Shown: positions 11,483 through 26,422 of the stretch, one piece after another | Layout: each line of letters begins with the position of its first letter | How positions within the stretch are numbered: the first letter of the stretch is position 1 | Source of the DNA: Vermamoeba vermiformis | Taxonomy: Eukaryota | Reading direction: 5' to 3' | Assembly: GCA_045837725.1 (NCBI GenBank) | Contig: JBEWZL010000066.1 | Location: 62,001-126,000 of the forward strand | Length of the DNA stretch: 64,000 nucleotides | The notes under the pieces: generated by a model | What the model saw: the letters and a program-made list of their open reading frames with translations, nothing else | What the model was told of the DNA's origin: nothing | Database searches by the model: none | Made by a program: the position numbers and the translations under genes

Positions 11483-14400
11483 TTACTGCGCAGATTGGAG
11501 AGCCACACCCCACTCTTCAGCCTTCTTGAAAATCTTGTTTTTGACTTCATCCGAGAGCTCTGCCCAAGACTCGTAGCTCTTCACGGCATTAAAATTGCTC
11601 AATAAGAAGTACAAGCAGGCTCGTTTCAGCTTCTTGCACTTGTACAGCATGGCAACTTCGTAGATGCAGCCAACATTTTCAGCGTCGATGGAATACCCGA
11701 CAATAGTTTCAATAATTTCCAACAATCTGTAATTAAAATGAACGTTAGTATATGCTATGATCATATGGTATGTCTTTCGATGAAAGAATAACGGATCGGT
11801 CGATCTGAATCCAGATCAGATCCAGATTTGGATAGTTACCTGGCCAAGTCATAGACACGAGATTTGACCAACAATTCAATGGCGTATTCTCCGTCAACTT
11901 TTTCAACGTCGTTTGTGTAGCAGTACTCAAGGATGTAGTCAAACACAACACGACTAATGCATCGCGAATGCGTTAGTTTCGATTACTATATTAGGAAATC
12001 ATGTGCGGATTGCATTTCTTCGCCACTTCGAGGTACTTACGGAATATCTTGCAACTCAATGACATCCATCTGTGCCTCCTTCAAACCACTAGTGAACATG
12101 CGGTGGAAGTACGTGCTGCGTGCGGCCAACATCGCTTTGTGCGCCACAACAATCTCGCCTTCAATGTTGAACTTGACCTCGTTGAGCGGTTCGTTTTTAG
12201 GCTTGTGAATGCTGTTGTCGAAGCGAGCCTTGGACAATTGCTCTTCGAAAGTTGAGGCTGGGACTTCTTTGGCGGGCTGAAAAAAGGCGTTAAAAAGCAG
12301 ATCCAGAATAAAATCAGAATAGCAAATTCAAAGGGGTTGAACCAGCAAAGTGCTAATTATACTAATATTGACAGGTCCAATGATATTTTGATAGGTTTTT
12401 ACGTACCCAGAAAGATTGTTCGATCAAGGCCTTGAGACGAGGCAAGCCCCATTCTTCAGCCCAAGCAGCTTTCTTTTCAATTTCAACTTGCAACTCTTTG
12501 CGGCGTTGAATTTCAGCCAATTCTTCTTCGCGCGTTTTGAGCTTCTTCAACGCGGGAATCAAATCGTCTTCTTTCAAGTCTTGACGAACTGACTCGTTTT
12601 TGAATTCGTAACGTAATGTGTCACCGTAGATGTAGTTTAATAACATCTAAGACATTAATATTAGTATTCATACGTAATACCACGTGTCAATTGTTCGTAC
12701 CTTGCCATATTCAGTGTTAGGAATTTCATTGATTGGCACGATCCAACGACCTTCCAAGTCCTTGTCCATTGGCTCGGCTCCAGCCTTAGCAGCAGCAATT
12801 TTCTATCACAAAAAGCGTTAGAGACCGATAGCACGTAGAGATGAATTGTTTCGAGTGCTCGTGCACGTACCTTTTCAATAATGTTATGCAGCTTGGATGA
12901 ACGATATTTAATGATGATTCGATGAGCGGGATAAGAATCGTTGGCGATCTTAAGAATAATGTCGCTGTAGTCGTAGTTGTTGACCAGCTTCAACATTTCA
13001 TCACGATAAAGTGATTGCGCAATGGTAGTGCCTTTTTGAACTGTTAGTCAACCGCTAACAATATCAAGTGCGGGCTACATACTAGGAATGTAAGTCTTCA
13101 AGTAATTGATCACGTGTTCCGTGCCTTGATGGTAAATTTCGGCAGGAATCATACGCATAGGGTTGTTGATCAACTTGAGGACTTCCAGTTTAGGCAAGTT
13201 ACCGACTACAAGCAGCGAGTTAGTAACAACATTGACTGACCATTCATTTTTATGTGTTATACTTACTCTCGGGGGGCAAGAGACTCAATTTGTTGTTAGC
13301 CAAGTTGATGTAATGTAAGGCCTTGCACTCGGCAATAGAACTGTTAAGCGGATGGTAAGTCAATTTGTCGCAACAAAGCAAATAAAGGACATTGTGACTT
13401 ACTTTGGCACGACGTTGATTTGATTCTCGTCAGCAGAAAGTGATTGAAGCGAGACTAAAGCTTCAAAGTCAGGCAACATCGTCAAACAGTTCTTTCGCAC
13501 GTCCAACACCTGCACACGAAACGAAGTTAATTTATGATAAAAAATGAACTGGCGATCGTGGCAACGTACTCTGAGGTTAGCCAACGTGTCAATAGGAGGC
13601 AGAATAGTGATCTTGTTGTCGCAGAGAATCAACTTTTGCAAGTTGACGAGATTTCGAATGGACACGGGAAGTTGGGTGACGTTGTTGAATGACAAGTTCA
13701 GCTCGACCAAGTGGCTCAATTCACCTGCAAAATACTATCAGTAATTATCCGACGAATAGGCGTAGGCAAGATATCGTACCGAGAGTGAACGGAACTTTTT
13801 TGATCTTGGAGTAGGTCTGCGAGAAGACGGTGACTTGGTCGTGGTATCCGACTTCGAGATTTTCCAACAAATAACCGTTGTCTGGACCTCCGTATTCACT
13901 TTCTTCCGGTCTTACTATCTTTCCACGACCGTAGAGCAAAGTCTAAAGACAATTTGGGTCAGCGGATCCGCACATCTGCAGTAAGGCTACAAGGGTTATA
14001 AATGCTAGGACTTACTCTAACGGTAGCTAACTTTTCATGTCTCGACTTGTTAGTCAAATCTTGCATCAAGCGCTGTTGTTGCTCTTCGCGCTTTTTTCGC
14101 TCCAATTCAAGTTTGGTACGCAAACGCTGCTGTTGCGCGTAGTTCATCGATTTGACTGTCGCAGAGAATCGCGCTAAAGCTGCTTGTCTGTTCTTCATCA
14201 GCCTCTCTTCGAGGGCTTTTTCTTTTTCCAACTTCTTTTGAGCCTCACGTTCCCTAAAAACAACGTGTAAACACATCCGATCCGCGAACTAAATCCTGTT
14301 GATTTTACTTACTTTCTTAGTCTTTCTTTTTCCGCATCTTGCTTCTCGCGCTCCAAATCTCTGAAATCGTCCTCTCCAGTTCTAGCGTATAAATAGTCGT

Positions 14401-14974
14401 TGATCTGGAAGATCAATTTTGGAAAATCAAACCACTCTTCGTAATAATCGGTTTCAGTCTAAACAATTGAAATTAATTGAAATTATACATGACGCATTTT
14501 TTTGTTGCATTATGTTCCTCGATCTTTCGCTAAGACTAAAAAGAGAAATTTTGGAGATTGCCGTAGAATCGTTAGTAATATTTATGTATTTGCTTACCAA
14601 TCCTTCAATCTCTCCTTTCAATTCGCGGATTTGTGGGTCAGTAAATCCTCGTACTTCATGGATTTCGACGGTTGGGGGATCGGTTTCGTTTTCGTCGGGT
14701 ACTAAACTCAACAAAAATTGCACTAATAATAATGATTAATATTAGAGAATATTTGAAAATTATTTTGAGTACTCAAAGATCGTTTAAACAAAAATTGAAT
14801 TTCTGATCGAAGGAAATCCGGAATGCCGAGCCATTAATCTATCTTTTGTGGATAGAAATATTCTTTTATCATTGAATATGATAGCTCACCTGACGTTTTC
14901 TCATTTCCGAAGTTATAGTAGAACACGCCGTTCTCATCGAAGCACTCGTCGAGGTTGAACTCTTTTGTAGCCAT
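11483..14974 (-). CDS. Coiled-coil + LRR + tandem BTB/POZ protein with a possible RWD-like N-terminus
   Basis: LRRs (LVELNLSFNNVTQLP, LQKLILCDNKITILP); BTB motifs YSDIILKIANDSYPAHRII and VAHKAMLAARSTYFHRMFTSGLKEAQ. Confidence 0.85.
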
Positions 14975-16172
14975 TTGATTATCGCTTACTTATTCCACCA
15001 CTACAGTATTATGCAGGATGTATGGTGGATTGGATTGTTTACGTGGTAAAATGAGATTTTATGCAGAAAAAACGAGCGCTTGAATTACTGACAGGTCAAA
15101 CGGAAAGTCATTTTTAGCTCGTATAGCGTTCAATAGCAGTACGAATGCGATTACGCCTTAGATCTGGCTCGTCACGAGATATTTCTGCGTTCTTGAAAGA
15201 TAAATGCTACGTAAATTCTAAATTTATGCATAAATGCCGCTAAAAATGCAACGACTCGAAAAAATTCCGTGCCTTGCCACGCTTTTTTAGTGTAAATTAC
15301 AATTCATGAAGCATAAACTAGCATTTGTTCCGCAGATGCATAAAGGTAGGCACACCACGTGCTGCGTCGTCGGTTTTCATGCCTGAAACCGACAAATTGT
15401 CTACTTTTTACTCGATTTAGTAGTAACCATCGCACGACTTCATAAACAAAACCGGTGATTGATATGTTTGCGATCATATTCATTAAAATGAACATCACAG
15501 ATCAACACAAACAAATCGATTTTTTGCCATAGTGTTGCGCCACTACCGACCTTTCCGTGCCCTCAAGATCATGTAGCATGTATTGTTACGCTAGAGCAAA
15601 AATAGCGCACGTTTCTCAGGCACTCTCGACCGGGAACGATCCAAGGCCTAACTCCGGCCTTACTCCACAAGTTCCAGGACTGGCAAAGAGATATTTGACT
15701 ACACTAACAAAGTCAAAGCGATAGTATATATACAAGTATTAGAGTATCTACTGTCGGACTAAAGCGGATTATTATAACCCAGTTTGTCCTTCGGAATTTA
15801 AAATTCTTCGGAGATGATAAGTCACCTATTTCAACAAGCCAGAGCCCATCGTCAAAGTAAGCGGGCCTTATGATAACGAGTTAGCGATACGTATAGCATT
15901 GCAAGGATGCCAATCTTGAAAATAAAATTTAACCGTTTTGGGTCCGAGATTGAAAATCTCCATGAGGAAGTCGTTGCAAAATTTTTACTTGCGGAATAAT
16001 GGAAACAAATTAAGGATTGGCACGAGCTCGTTGGCAGCCAGCTGATTGGTGGATAATTCAAGATTATGAAATTTCGAAGTTGGGCACTACTTAGGTCTCC
16101 GACGAGTAACGTGATTTTGTAACTTTAATTTTGCGAAGAGCAACACAGATCCAGCCATTTTTAACTACCACG

Positions 16173-17316
16173 ATGGGCTGTCCTAAATACAAGTGGGGTG
16201 CCAAGTCATACCTATTCTTTCAGATCATCAACACGATCGGCTGGGCGTATGCCATCATCAGCGGTATTACCAGCTCCGGCGGTGCTCGCTACAATGGCAC
16301 GACTAATCAAACCCAAGGCTACCAACAGTTCTATAACCAGTAAGTCAGATTCGAAAAAGTTTGTTTAAACTTTGTCAAACGCGATCGACTATCGTGAATT
16401 TCGGAATTAACGTACCGTCTTATAGAATGCTACCCGCTCGTTTCGGATTCTACATTTGGTTCCCTATTTGGGTCTTGCAACTCTGTTTCACGATTTACCA
16501 ATGGATGCCGATGCACCGCGTCAGAAACGGCTTTCTTCAACGCCTGAACATCGCTTGGCTCATTAACTGCATTACTAACGGCACCATCTTGAACGTGTAT
16601 CCATATGGCTATATTCCTGCGACGTTTGCTTTGACTGTCATTTGCTCGGCCACGTGCATCTACATGTTCGTGCAACTGACTTTCAGAAAGAGACCTACTC
16701 TTGCTTGCCAAGCTGCGAATTCGAGCGTAGTCGCTACTGGATGGGGAGTAAGTTAATTAATGATTAAAGTTATACTTAGTATCGCGAGATTCTTACCAAT
16801 TTCGTCACTTACCAGAAATGGAAGATCTCGGCTTCTACTGAAAAGTTGCTCTATTATTGGTTTGTCCAGCTCCCGTTCACTATGTACGGCTGCATGGTCG
16901 GTTTGTCCATGATGGTTATCTTGACGCAACTGATTCAATATGGCGGTTGGGCTGGTGCTGCTGAATGGCAATGGTCCGTGTTCTGCCAAGTCTTTTTAAT
17001 TACCATCGTTATCTTCGCAACCATATACTGCCGTGACGCTGCCTTCGGACTCGTCGCTGTATGGGGTCTAGCGACTCTTGCAAGCGAGCATAGAGACACT
17101 GAACAAGTCTGGATCACCGCTACCGTTCTTGCTTGCGCAACTTTTGTAGCGTCAGTTATTGCCTTTGCCCTACGTATGGCGAGATTTGCTAAGCGCAAGG
17201 GCAATGATATGGGCGAGAAGAACGCTAAGCAGATGGAGGCCCAAGAATCGAAGTCAGTTTCGAAGCCGAAAAAGGAATCCGAATCTAGCAACGATGACTC
17301 GAGCACATCTTCCTAA
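16173..17316 (+). CDS. Multi-pass membrane protein, TspO/tryptophan-rich sensory protein-like
   Basis: PARFGFYIWFPIW, LPFTMY and RDAAFGLVAVWGL resemble the TspO-related membrane family; several hydrophobic helices; 3 exons. Confidence 0.6.
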
Positions 17317-17455
17317 ACTAACTTAATTAATACTTGTAAAATAGAAAATAAATTGTATTTTAGTAAACAATTCTTCGGACTAAGCGCTATAAAATTTGTG
17401 GCGTGGATCCCAGGCGAACCAAAAAGGGAATTTAACAAAATTCTAACCTTTGCAG

Positions 17456-18660
17456 CTCCGAACAACAAGATGATTAACGAAAGTGCCTTTATCTCGCTTA
17501 CTCCAAGGCGGAGATTCAGATTCAAGGACATTCTGCAAGCGCATCCGGACTGCGCTAGTGCGAAGAAACTTTTGATGGAAGTTGGCGAGCATGACCAATC
17601 CGTAGCGCTTTTTCTAAGTTCAATCGCGAACGGAGGCCTGGCTGCTGGAAGAAAGTTAATTAGACGATTATTTCTAAATTAGGAAAGTGCAACAAGACAA
17701 CCGCAATATTAATGCTAATTAACTTTGCCTGGAGTCCTAAGACTCCGAATGTATGGCATTCATGAGTATTTACTAAAATAACGAAGCTTTAAATTTAATC
17801 CACAAAGAACTGCGTGTCGGCATTAAGAAAGAAAGGTCCGATTGGCCGAAGCCTAATTATAGCAATATGAGACTTACGAAAATCATGACAATCTTGATAA
17901 TATACATGCGCGTCGGCATGGAGTGCATACATGGTGATCATTGTTGGCACGGCAAAGTTCGGAGGTCGATCTGACGCGCCTCTTGAAAGTGCCTCGCCTA
18001 GCGAATAAGGAAACTTGAGAACCAAGCCTAGAGTAATCTCGCAAAAGATCGACCTATTTGAAAGCACAAGTTAAAATTAAATAGTCCAAATATAGCTAGG
18101 CCGTTATTAATAATAATCTCAGCATTTGCCACGCTTCGGGCACTAATGAATCTCGGAGGTTATATAGGAGATTAAAACATATGAGCAAATACTAACCTTC
18201 TTATCGGATAAAGGATTAACCAACCATAAACTTGTCAGTTTGTCACTTATTGGCAGTTTGGATTAATCAAACGCATCCCTCGCGGATGTTGCTCCAGCAT
18301 TTAGAAATGTGCAGCAGTGTTTTCCAGATGATGCAATCCATAAGATAGCCACTTATAGAGAAAAAATGAATCATTTCTAACGACGATTGCGTTAACCGTT
18401 AGCTCTTTTGAACTGGAGAGCAGATCAAACGCGCGAGTTTCGAAACAGACTGTTTCGATCCATCCATCCATATAGCAGCTGATAATACCGAGAAACTTCA
18501 TGCAACAACATTAATCTGGCAATATTACTCAATTAGTGGTGTCACGCGATGCAAATGAATTGTAATTCGCATGGCGAATCCAAGTAGCCGCGTTCAATGA
18601 ACATGAAATTTGCTTTAAATTGCAATCGAATGACGTAATCAAAGTTTGGTTGATCGAGGT
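17456..18660 (+). pseudogene. Possible decayed gene remnant
   Basis: Branch/acceptor ctaacctttgcag at 17443-17455 precedes an open frame with ILQAHPDCASAKKLL (TPR-end-like); later GC-richer patches are interrupted by stops. Confidence 0.2.
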
Positions 18661-19392
18661 TAGCTAAAATTGATTATGAACCGAAATGAGAGCGTTTTGA
18701 ACCAGATGGAACGCGGAGTTTTTTCGGAATTTTGCTTTTTTTACCGTGTAAATATCCAATTCTAATAACTTACCACAGTGAATTACTTCTAGTAGTGTGA
18801 TAATTCTACACCGAGGCAGCCAAGCAGCTTCCAAGCCCCTGTTGACCAGATGCTGAAATCAACTACTCGTTAGTGAAGGTTTACTAGTGAACCATTGTTT
18901 ACATGACTCAATTTTTTGTTAGAGGTGATTATTATATTTTATTAGATTTTCGTTTAGAGCATTAATTTCGAAAAATTGATCGGAATACAGTTTTTTTCGT
19001 CCCTAATTATTAAAATTCAATTACATAACGGAAATATGTTGAAAAAAATTAAGCTAAAATTATTGTGCATACCTTTATGAAAAATGGCTGTTTAGATCCA
19101 AAAGCTAACCTTTGGCTGAAGTTAGATGCACGTTCTCAGGCAACTTCGCCCTCTTGTAGCGGTGTAAAAACAATTTACACGTCTCATTGTGAAATCCAAA
19201 GATTCTGGATGTGTGGTGCGTGGATGGCGCCTTTTTTTTTTAAATGACAATGATTGTCAAACTGATGCAGAGAAAAATGGGCGCCCGAAAAATGCGAAAA
19301 TAAATAATTTTTATATTAACATTACACTCAACAAGTAATTAAATACATTGACTGAAATAAATAAGTTTTCCAATCCGATCGAGACGTCAGCC

Positions 19393-22300
19393 CTAGTTCG
19401 CGTTTTGCTCATTAATGGAGGTCAATGATGTCTTTCGTCTAGATTCAGCTCTTTGCACAGCTCCAACAGGTGAATTAGGCGCTTGATTGAAGACATTGGC
19501 CGCGATCGGTCTCGTGGTGCTACGACGGAACTTTTCTGAGCTTTGTGAGTCTTCTGATTCTGATTCGTCCTATAATAATACCATCACGTTAGTACTTGCA
19601 TCATTGTTAACGCTTAAACATCAATTTTGAATTAATAGAAGCGAGATCCATGCCGGTACAAAATCGTCCGGATTCCGACTTTTTGATGACTTTGTATTTG
19701 AACAAGACTTCGTAAATAATAAAATATTACGTACTCTCAAGGCACTTTCTCGCTTGCTCACACGAGTTGCAATAACAGAAGACAGGTAGTTGAAGAATCG
19801 ACCAGCCAAGTTAGGATAACGCACGAACAAGATGTTCAAGAAGTAGCCTTCAATGACGTAACTATATATGGCATAAATCAGTAAATGGTAAAGTCGTATA
19901 TAATTATGGTTATAAAGTATTCAAAATGGAATTCGTAGCTTTAAATTCTTGCCGAATTTCCGATCGCATCCAGAACGATCGAATAATCTTCGCCTAGGCG
20001 ATGAGCTGCATATTTAAGTTATTAGTACTTACACTACGACCTTGGAGTCCGCTACGACTGAAATACTAGCAGTCTCGCCTTCCAAAAAGGACATCTCACC
20101 AAACATCGCGCCAGTATTGATGCTTCCAATGCTTTGTACGCTTCCGTCGGGCATCTTTTTCTCAAGTTTGCACTTGCCTTGAACGATTTGGAACACTCGT
20201 TGAGGAACTGTTCCTGCTTGAATAATAACTGCTCCGGATCGGTACGTGATGGTCTTTGAGCCCTGCAAGATCAAGTTCCAATCTTCTTCTTGCATATCGA
20301 GCTTGTCCCAGGTCTTGCCAGCACCACTAAGTAACGTTAGTAAACTCGGAGATTTCTTCAAAGTTGTAAATTGCCAGCATAAATGCAACGACTAATTTAG
20401 GGACAACACCCTAGACAAAAGATACGTATGCGACGATTCCATGCAATAAGATATGATATAATAATACGTACAAGCTGGCGCTTGATTTAGAGGTCGGTAA
20501 AACATCGCTGCTTCCAGATGTACTCAACGACATACTGGTGGCGCCCAATTCTTGCTGTAAATGAATATAATTGTTAGATCGTTCTTCCATATATTACTAT
20601 AGTGTAATATTGTAGGGCCAGATTGTTTTCAGATGTTAATAAGCATTATTTTTCTCGCGCGATCAAAAACTTCCATAAAAGGCAAAATTTTGAATTGTAG
20701 CGATACTTACGTAAGTAAACTTCTTATTGAGCATTGGCTTGGTAACACTTCGTTCCTCGAGAGCCTTAGACTCTTCAGCGGATTTAGCTTGTTCCCATAG
20801 ACTGTTAATCAGATTGTAATAGTCATCGAGCGGATTCGCTTCAATGTTGAAAGTGAACTTCTTGTTCTTAGTCTTGATCTTAAACGCCGTATTGTCTTCT
20901 TTATCCTTCTCGAGACTGACAATCTTCAATATAGGAATAGATTCCTAAATTCATAAATTGAAGTTAGATCTTGGTTGCTGAAGATCCCGGTCTAGAATAG
21001 GTTACCTTGTGGTGAGATCCGAATACAGTGAAGTCAAAGCATACGAAATGACCCGAAATGTATAATCGACCCAAGCGTTTACCACGTTGCTTGACCCAGA
21101 CTTCAGTAGCTGAAATTCCTAACGTTAGAACGAGGTTTCCTAAAAAGGAAATAGTACGTACTCTTAATGAACACTTCACCGGCGCCCAATCCAAACTTCT
21201 CGCAAATAGCAGAGTCTGTCTCCGGCTCTTTTTCCTTCTTCTTTTGGCCCTTTTCTTTGTCCTTGGCCTTGCCGACAATTTGTTCCATGGAACCACTTGC
21301 ACGAGGAGATCCACGCGTTTGTGCAGCTTGAGCGTCGTTTGTAAGGCTCAAAGCGCCAGAACTTAACTTGCTCGGAAGACCCTTAGGTGGTGCGGGCTTG
21401 GGAGGTGCTTGGCCACCGCTGTTCAGTGAGCGCAATCTGCGACTGAGCTTGACTGCTAAGTGCTTGTAGAAGCGTGCACATAAGATCGGATCTGACTTGA
21501 ACAGCTCGAACACGAGAGGCAACGAGACCGCCTTTAACTTCGTAGTCACATCGGCCACTACAGAGGCAGTAGCTTTGCGAAGAGCTAGTTTTTTCAGTTA
21601 GTACTAACACGCGTAACCGGCAAAAATTGCACGTACCAGGCAAGACTGACGAGTCTCCAAGAAGAGTGCCAGCGCCCATAACAGCAAGACGGATTGAATT
21701 GCCGTCAGAGGTTGTCTTTTCAATACGAACACTGCCTTCGATAACTAAGAACAAAGTACCGCTTTCCTTGTCTTGTTCGATAATCTGCACCAACACGTTA
21801 ATCTTTGGTTTAACACACCGTGCAGGTGTATATTTCAAAACCTACCTTCTCGTTACGCTCGTACACAACCTCTTGACAATTGAGCGTCAACAAGTGCAAG
21901 TCACGGTCAGTCAGTTCGCTAGTCTGGTTCCAGAAGTTCGCGCCTTCAGAGTCCAATGCAGTGATTGGAATGCCCTTGGTGTGCTCATTGATCCAACCGG
22001 ACTTGACACTACGCACTTGAGTTGGGTCCTCTTTGCTGGGTTCAGTAATGGTACCATAACCAGCCTTCAAGGTGTGGTCCCAATAACCGTCAAAGACACG
22101 GCCTTCAGGCGACGTGAAGATACCTTGGCCATGGAACTAAATATTAGCGCGTTAGATATGATTGGGAATTATATACAGGTTTAAACTTACGTCTCCAGCC
22201 ATCCATTCGCCATCGTAAAAGCCGCTGATTGGTCTAACGAATCGCCAGCAGCCAAGTCTGAAACCTTCACGCAAAGCTGAAGCTTCAGTAACTTCAATCT

Positions 22301-25300
22301 TGAGTGCGTGTGCGAGCTCTTCGAGCAGCTCTTTCATCTGTGCTTGAGTGCTAGCCTTCACGAACCATGAGGTCTCAGGGTCCGTTTAACAAGAAGCCGT
22401 TGCCAAGCGTGAAGCCAGCAGCTAATAATCAGAATTAGTATTTGTCACGTGATCGACTTCCATAAAAGGAAAAAGTAGGTCTTACCTGCAATAGTCTCGA
22501 TGACTTTTTGATTTCGTTTGTTGAACTCAGTGTCGAGCCAAACTAATGGAAGGCTTTGGCCTGCTTCGTTCAACGTTGCTTTTTTGTGCATGAAGTTGGA
22601 TGCGAGGATCAAATCGTTGAAAATCATCAACTCGGGCTTGACTTCGCTCTTCCTGCCTTTCTCAGCGTCAGAGAGGTCAATGATAGCTTCCAATTGGAAC
22701 TCTTTCACGAATCTTCGTTGAGCGTAGTTGCCTTGTGTCAACAAAACTTCGTAACCACCGCCCTTGGCAATCAAGTCCTTGAACCGTTGCTCGCAAATCT
22801 CCATCTGTTCATCAATTTTCTTGCGCTCGTCGATGTATCGGTTGACTTTTTGCACGGCTGCAATGGCATCACGCAAGTTTTGGAAATCAACGTGCGTTTC
22901 TTCAGTGTAATCCAACAACGCTTTCAAAAGCAACTCGTAACGCATGATACGTTGAACTAAGAGGTCAAGTTAGTACTATATTTGTGATTTTAGTATTAGC
23001 TAATGACGTACCAGGCATGATAAGATACGCGTAGACGTCGAGACCGCCCGTGTATTTTTCATAACAGTTCTTCAAGAATTGAGTGTAGTGCGGGTACTTC
23101 GATTCAGCTTCTTGTTGCTTTGTACGAGCAGTCGTGAAATTTCTGATGTATCGATAATACAACGTAAATAGCTCAGCCTAAAGTAAACGTTAGTTTTTCC
23201 GTGTCTGGAATGAAATTTCATGGCTTTAGCAACTCACGTTTTCTTTGAAAATATCTGCAAATGTAGCGACTTTAGGCCACTCTTTGTAACGTTCTTCCAA
23301 TTTATGCAACAAAATTTGATTCAGTGCAGCAATGACTTCGATATCTGAAAAGATCTCGAACAATTCAAACGGCGTCAACAACTGCAACTTTTGAATCGGA
23401 CGAACGAAGACCTAAAAATAGAAAATCACGTGATCAGTTTCTATTTTGAAGATTCTTAGAATAACAAGATCTTTTTTTTCGTACCTCCATAACTTTGTTC
23501 AAATGACCGACAAAGTCGCGTTCAGTCGTAATAATTTCTTTCAACGCATTGTTTCTCTTTCGCATTTTTGAAGCACCTTGCGAATCAGCCCATTGCAATA
23601 CTACGGAACTGCATTAATATCCAAATATGGAAATATTTCATGAACAGTGTTTACGTACCCCATTCAGGTCTGAAAGTTCTCTTGCGGACCAAATAATTTC
23701 TTACGATGGCTTGACATTTCAACACCTGGGCAATGTTGTACATCTTGCCGTTGACGAATTCAACTTTAGGATACTTAATTCGCTTCGATTTCTGCGCTGA
23801 ATGAGTTCGCTTGATGAAGTTGGGAATTTTGCCGTTAAATTCTCCGCTGGTAGTCGGTGATTGGCTGGGACTTTCTTCGGCTCTGAATTCGATGTTTTGG
23901 ATCAAGGCCGATATCCTGTTTTGTTTGCGTTCTTTGGCACGGGTAATGCCTTCTTGTTGCCATACCAACTGGTCTTTGAGGGTCTTCAGCTGATCTGCTT
24001 TGACCTGTCAAAAAATACGTGTCAAAAAAGAAAGTTCCATGACAAAATCTTAATTATTCCGTACCTTAATTTCATCTTCGAGCTGCTTAATCTGCACAGA
24101 GACATTTGCAGCCTTGCCTTCCATATCAGTAATGTTCACTGAATCTTCACGTTGCATGCCCGAAGCATTAGATCCCGGGCCATTGCTGTTCGTGCTCATT
24201 TTGCGCACGTGACTGACTGATCTGTTGACAGCAATGTCGTCTTGCTTTGGAGCAATTGCATTGGTGTTAATAGACGCTGAACTGTTGCTCTTTGGTAACA
24301 ATGTGGTCGTGCTGTTATTGCGTGAATTAACGGGGGACTGCTTGGGCTGGGCAGGTTGCTTCGGGGGCTGCGCTTGTGGGGGAGGCTGAGGTTGGGCCGG
24401 GGTGCTTGTTTGGACCTTTGCCTCGACACTCACAGCCGGTTTTTCTTCCGTAGAGCTCGTAGTACCTTTGCTACCCGTGCTTCCCGTTAATGTAGCAACG
24501 CTGGTACTAGCCGTTAGTTTCTTGTCATTTTGTTCTGAATCGGCCAATGAGGCCTCTAACCGTTTAAATGCTGGGCTGACTTTCACATCTGTCTTTGACG
24601 GTGATCTTAATCTTTCAATAGCGCTGTCTCTTGATCTTGGTTGCTCGTCTGACGGCACTGAAGCTGGTCCTGAGTCGGTAGCGTTGGGATTTTGAGGTTG
24701 AATGACCACAGGTTTCTCGTCAATTTTCACAACTGGATTGCTCGGCTCGCGCTTGACATCGTCCTTATTATTGTTAGGCCTATTAGTGTTACTCTCTACA
24801 ACGGGCTTTGGTTCTTCCATGGCATAAGAATCGACTTCAGATCGCGCGGAATCGGCTGGTCTCGCGGAGTCAATTTTTCTCGGTGAAGATTTATCTGCTC
24901 TCGGTGAATTAATATTCGCTGTTAATTTCCCGGAACTTTTACGTTTTTTATGATGGCGCTTTTCTTTCTCGTCTTTGCTATCTTCGCTGTCTTTCTTGTT
25001 GTCTTTTTTCGATTTGGCTCTTTTCAAAGAAGGATTGTCTTCTTCGCTATCTTTATGCAAAGGACTGCTAGGAGCATCATATAAACTTTTTCTGTTGGCT
25101 TTACGAGCGCTTCTCGGCTTTTTTTCTTCTCCGCTGTGATCGGATTTCGCCCTCTCGTGACCTAATGAATCTAATGGCAATTTTTTGTGTTCTTCGGTCT
25201 TATTATTGGCGTCTACGTTTGTATTATTTTCCGCTATAATTATTAAAAATTAGTTGGATCTTACAACGGTTAGTAAATTTAAATTTGGGTCTAAAGTATA

Positions 25301-25743
25301 TTTACGATAGGTAGGCTGAAAATTCGGCAAATAATATACAAAATAATAATAATAAATTAATAAATATTGAAAATCATTTTACCTGACGGCGGGGTCAATC
25401 CCGCAAAAGTTGGCAGTTTCACATCTACGCCAGCCTTTTGAGCGTTGCGCAAGAAAGTCTCAAAGCAGAATAAAAACTCTTCAAATGTGACTTTGGATTT
25501 GTTACTGCTTGCTTTCAAGAGCTTCTTGCAATTGTCTTCGGTTACATCAACGCCGATGTCCTCCAAAAATATTTGCAATTGAATTGAGGCGTTCTTATAT
25601 GGTACTGTGCCATCCTTGTTTCCATTGCACTTGTCAAAACAAGATTTAAGCGTTCTGTAGTAAGCTACATCAGAGTCATCCGCAACGGATTTGATCTTCT
25701 TGCGGTCAGAGTGCTCTGATTTTGCCCGCTTCAGTCCACTCAT
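19393..25743 (-). CDS. EF-hand-like + IQ + RhoGEF (DH-PH) + cNMP-binding + GRAM + cNMP-binding protein; apparent 1-nt insertion at 22378-22380
   Basis: DH motifs EIITTERDFV and YLIMPVQRIMRYELLLKALL; CNB motifs LFLVIEGSVRI and GAMFGEMSFL; GRAM motif GRLYISGHFVCF; IQ-like CQAIVRNYLVRK. Confidence 0.9.
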
Positions 25744-26422
25744 GGTTGATTTGCTGCATAACATAAAATACTACCGCAACAACAAGAACACAACGAGCTT
25801 TAAACCGAGATTTTGCGAGTTTTATTTATTTCTAATTATAGTAACACCACAATCATACCAATTGCATTATCGCTTACTACACGACCCACTGATACAATTT
25901 AATGTTACTCTCAGGCCAGGCCGGTCTCCCGTAAGTTCAGCAGATTTTTTGTTTGTGAAACAGATTTACCGTTGATTGAGAAAATTAATAGACTTACAAA
26001 TACCGTCATATAAATTCTTGTTATAAATTGATATTATTTATGTTATGAACGGCACAAATATTTTCTCGATCTTGATCTCGGCCTAGGATAATACTTATCC
26101 TTGCTTTGTAATTAAATATGCAAGTCGAATTAGCGCTAAATTGCGCAACATTATGATAACACCGTAACGGATAAGATTAAATAGCTAAAATTAGCTGAAA
26201 TAGAACGGGTGATGTAGATCACGAGTCAGGCCGCGTACACATGCCTGTTAGAGCATATTAAATTATAATCCGAACTATCATAATTAAGCACTTTTGATTC
26301 TTTATTGATACTACTTCCTCCGCTACACAGCTCTTACACGGGATCCGTATTTCAAACCACCAGCTTGCATTTCTCTTCATCTTATACGAACGAAACTACT
26401 TTCACCACCAATAAGCAATTCA

